NCBI GenBank assembly: GCA_031763465.1
Contig: JARFOE010000016.1
Coordinates: forward strand, 6,971,430-7,007,435
Source of the DNA: Squatina squatina
Taxonomy: Eukaryota
Length of the DNA: 36,006 bases
Direction: 5' to 3'
In this document: positions 34,494-36,006 of the stretch, one piece after another
Layout of the letters: the number at the start of each line of letters is the position of its first letter
Numbering within the stretch: the stretch's first letter is position 1
The notes under the pieces: generated by a model
Databases searched by the model: none
Told to the model about the DNA's origin: nothing
The model's input: the letters and a program-made list of their open reading frames with translations, nothing else
Made by a program: the position numbers and the translations under genes

Positions 34494-35699
34494 CATAGAT
34501 GTACATTGGCACCCTTATGTGTGTCTATGTTGACTGAGTAGATCTGAGAGAAAGGCTTTGCTTGCTACGATAGAAAAAAGCAGTGCAGAAAAGACTGGGG
34601 AAGGATGTGGGCCAAAATCAATTGGGGAATGGAAGGTGACATATTAAAATTGGAAAAGGAAAACCGTAGTTGCTGTTAATCCAGCAGAGACTGGACTAAT
34701 AAAGTGCTACTAATTGTCCTGGCCTCATTTGTTTTCTTTAAAAGGTTATGACAGTTTGGCTTGGTTGAGACTATCTGATCCATTTCCCATTAGACAAATA
34801 TCACAGCTGCTTACTATATAATGTAACTAATGTGTGTCGCTCAGTATTGTAACAAAATTACCTGGTTCATCAAAATATAATATCTAAAATTTAGGCCGTG
34901 TAATCAAGCCTAATGTGCAGGGCTTCAAAGAGATAATCTAGCATAATTTCATTAGATAATGGGTCTATTTATTCAAACAAGCCCATACTTGGATATAATT
35001 ATTTGAGTATGACAAATTACCAAGATAACATTTTCTACTTATAGTAATCCTTTTAACCCGCAGCTTCATTCAGAACTGTTACCGCAATCTAGATTGGCAG
35101 CCCTTCACTGCGATAATCAGTTTATTCTATTGACCATTTTTGTGACTTTCAAGTTCAAAGGTAAATGTAGGTATGGATGACATCAGATTCTTCGACTAAC
35201 CCATTAATCATTCAGACATTTTGAGCCACTTTGAGACACTTTGATCTGAAGAAGATGGATCATACTCAGCAGTACCGACAGGTTATTAAGGATATTTTCA
35301 GCGTATTAGATGTGAACTGCAAGGTTTAATACAGCAGGTATTCAAACTTCATTTTTATAGTCTTTCTCTGCCCATCTCCACCGCCCCCCCCCTCCACCAC
35401 CCCAATCCTCCACTGCCAAAGTTAATTTCTCAGACCATCTTCAGTTGGGTCGAGGGTGAAGGGTGATGGAGAACAAGGAGATTGGACAAGGGATTTTAAT
35501 GAGCTCCAACAGTGTTGGTTTATAATTAGCCAAAGAAGGATGATGTGATTGCCACAGATCAGATGAGCATTGCCTTTCTTTCAAGCAGTATTTGCGAAGT
35601 TTTCTAATTAAGATTCTGTAATAATGATTTTCTTTTAATATGCTGTTGATATAAGAGAATATTGGCCAAAAAGTAGGCTGACGTAAGTTAGACTTGCCC

Positions 35700-35934
35700 T
35701 TGCCTGTTTAATTGCAATGATATTTTAAATGGCAAGTGCGAGGTGGAAATGGCGTGGCGCCCTCTACAGGGCATCTGGATGAACAGGGCAAGCAACTATG
35801 TATCTCCTGAACCAATCAGAGTGAAGGATTGTGAAATGAACAACGCAAGGTCTGAACAAGGAAATACAAGTTACAGTGGGTGAATTCAAAGTTAAAATCA
35901 GGTACAGAAAGAGAAATAAATAGAGGTAAAGAAA
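35700..35934 (+). repeat. Interspersed repeat, copy 2 (same family as 11990-12268)
   Basis: gggcatctgg...tatctcctgaaccaatcag...gggtgaatt...aaatcaggtacagaaagagaaataaa (35895-35920). Confidence 0.75.
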
Positions 35935-36006
35935 CATAGAAAATAGGTGCAGGAGAAGGCCATTCGGCCCTTCGAGCCTGCACCACCATTCAACACGATC
36001 ATGGCT
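35930..36006 (-). mobile_element. CR1 LINE 3' end, apparently well preserved, continuing past the window
   Basis: agaaacatagaaaataggtgcaggagaaggccattcggcccttcgagcctgcaccaccattcaacacgatcatggct is the reverse complement of a CR1 terminus, with CpGs retained. Confidence 0.88.

Noticed and set aside
1-36006. CRISPR arrays, operons or other prokaryotic systems; MAGI1 or LRIG1 exons
   Set aside because: There are no regularly spaced repeats and the sequence is vertebrate-like. I found no exon of the neighbouring genes by eye.

Overview
This is eukaryotic, AT-rich, mostly intronic or intergenic DNA from a fragmented assembly, with 25 N-gaps that are mostly 100-N placeholders. The repeat content points to a cartilaginous fish (shark or ray), which is an inference: CR1 LINE fragments, SacSINE1/Deu-domain SINEs, Penelope-like termini, Harbinger-like and hAT-like non-autonomous elements. 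The only host coding sequence I can support is one 157-nt internal exon of the mitochondrial S-adenosylmethionine carrier SLC25A26 (+ strand, 24390-24546). The ORF track read this exon in the wrong frame. The neighbouring exons are not visible and may lie in gaps or outside the window. The observations most worth follow-up are a near-intact minimal hammerhead ribozyme motif in a Penelope-like terminus (minus strand, 21935-21972), a three-hairpin element at about 9.1-9.3 kb, several decayed Harbinger Myb/SANT-like ORF remnants, CpG-retaining gap flanks that may hide the SLC25A26 promoter and exon 1, and a few enhancer-like motif clusters. I found no convincing evidence of a wholly new biological system. 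The long ORFs in the track are artefacts of N-runs.
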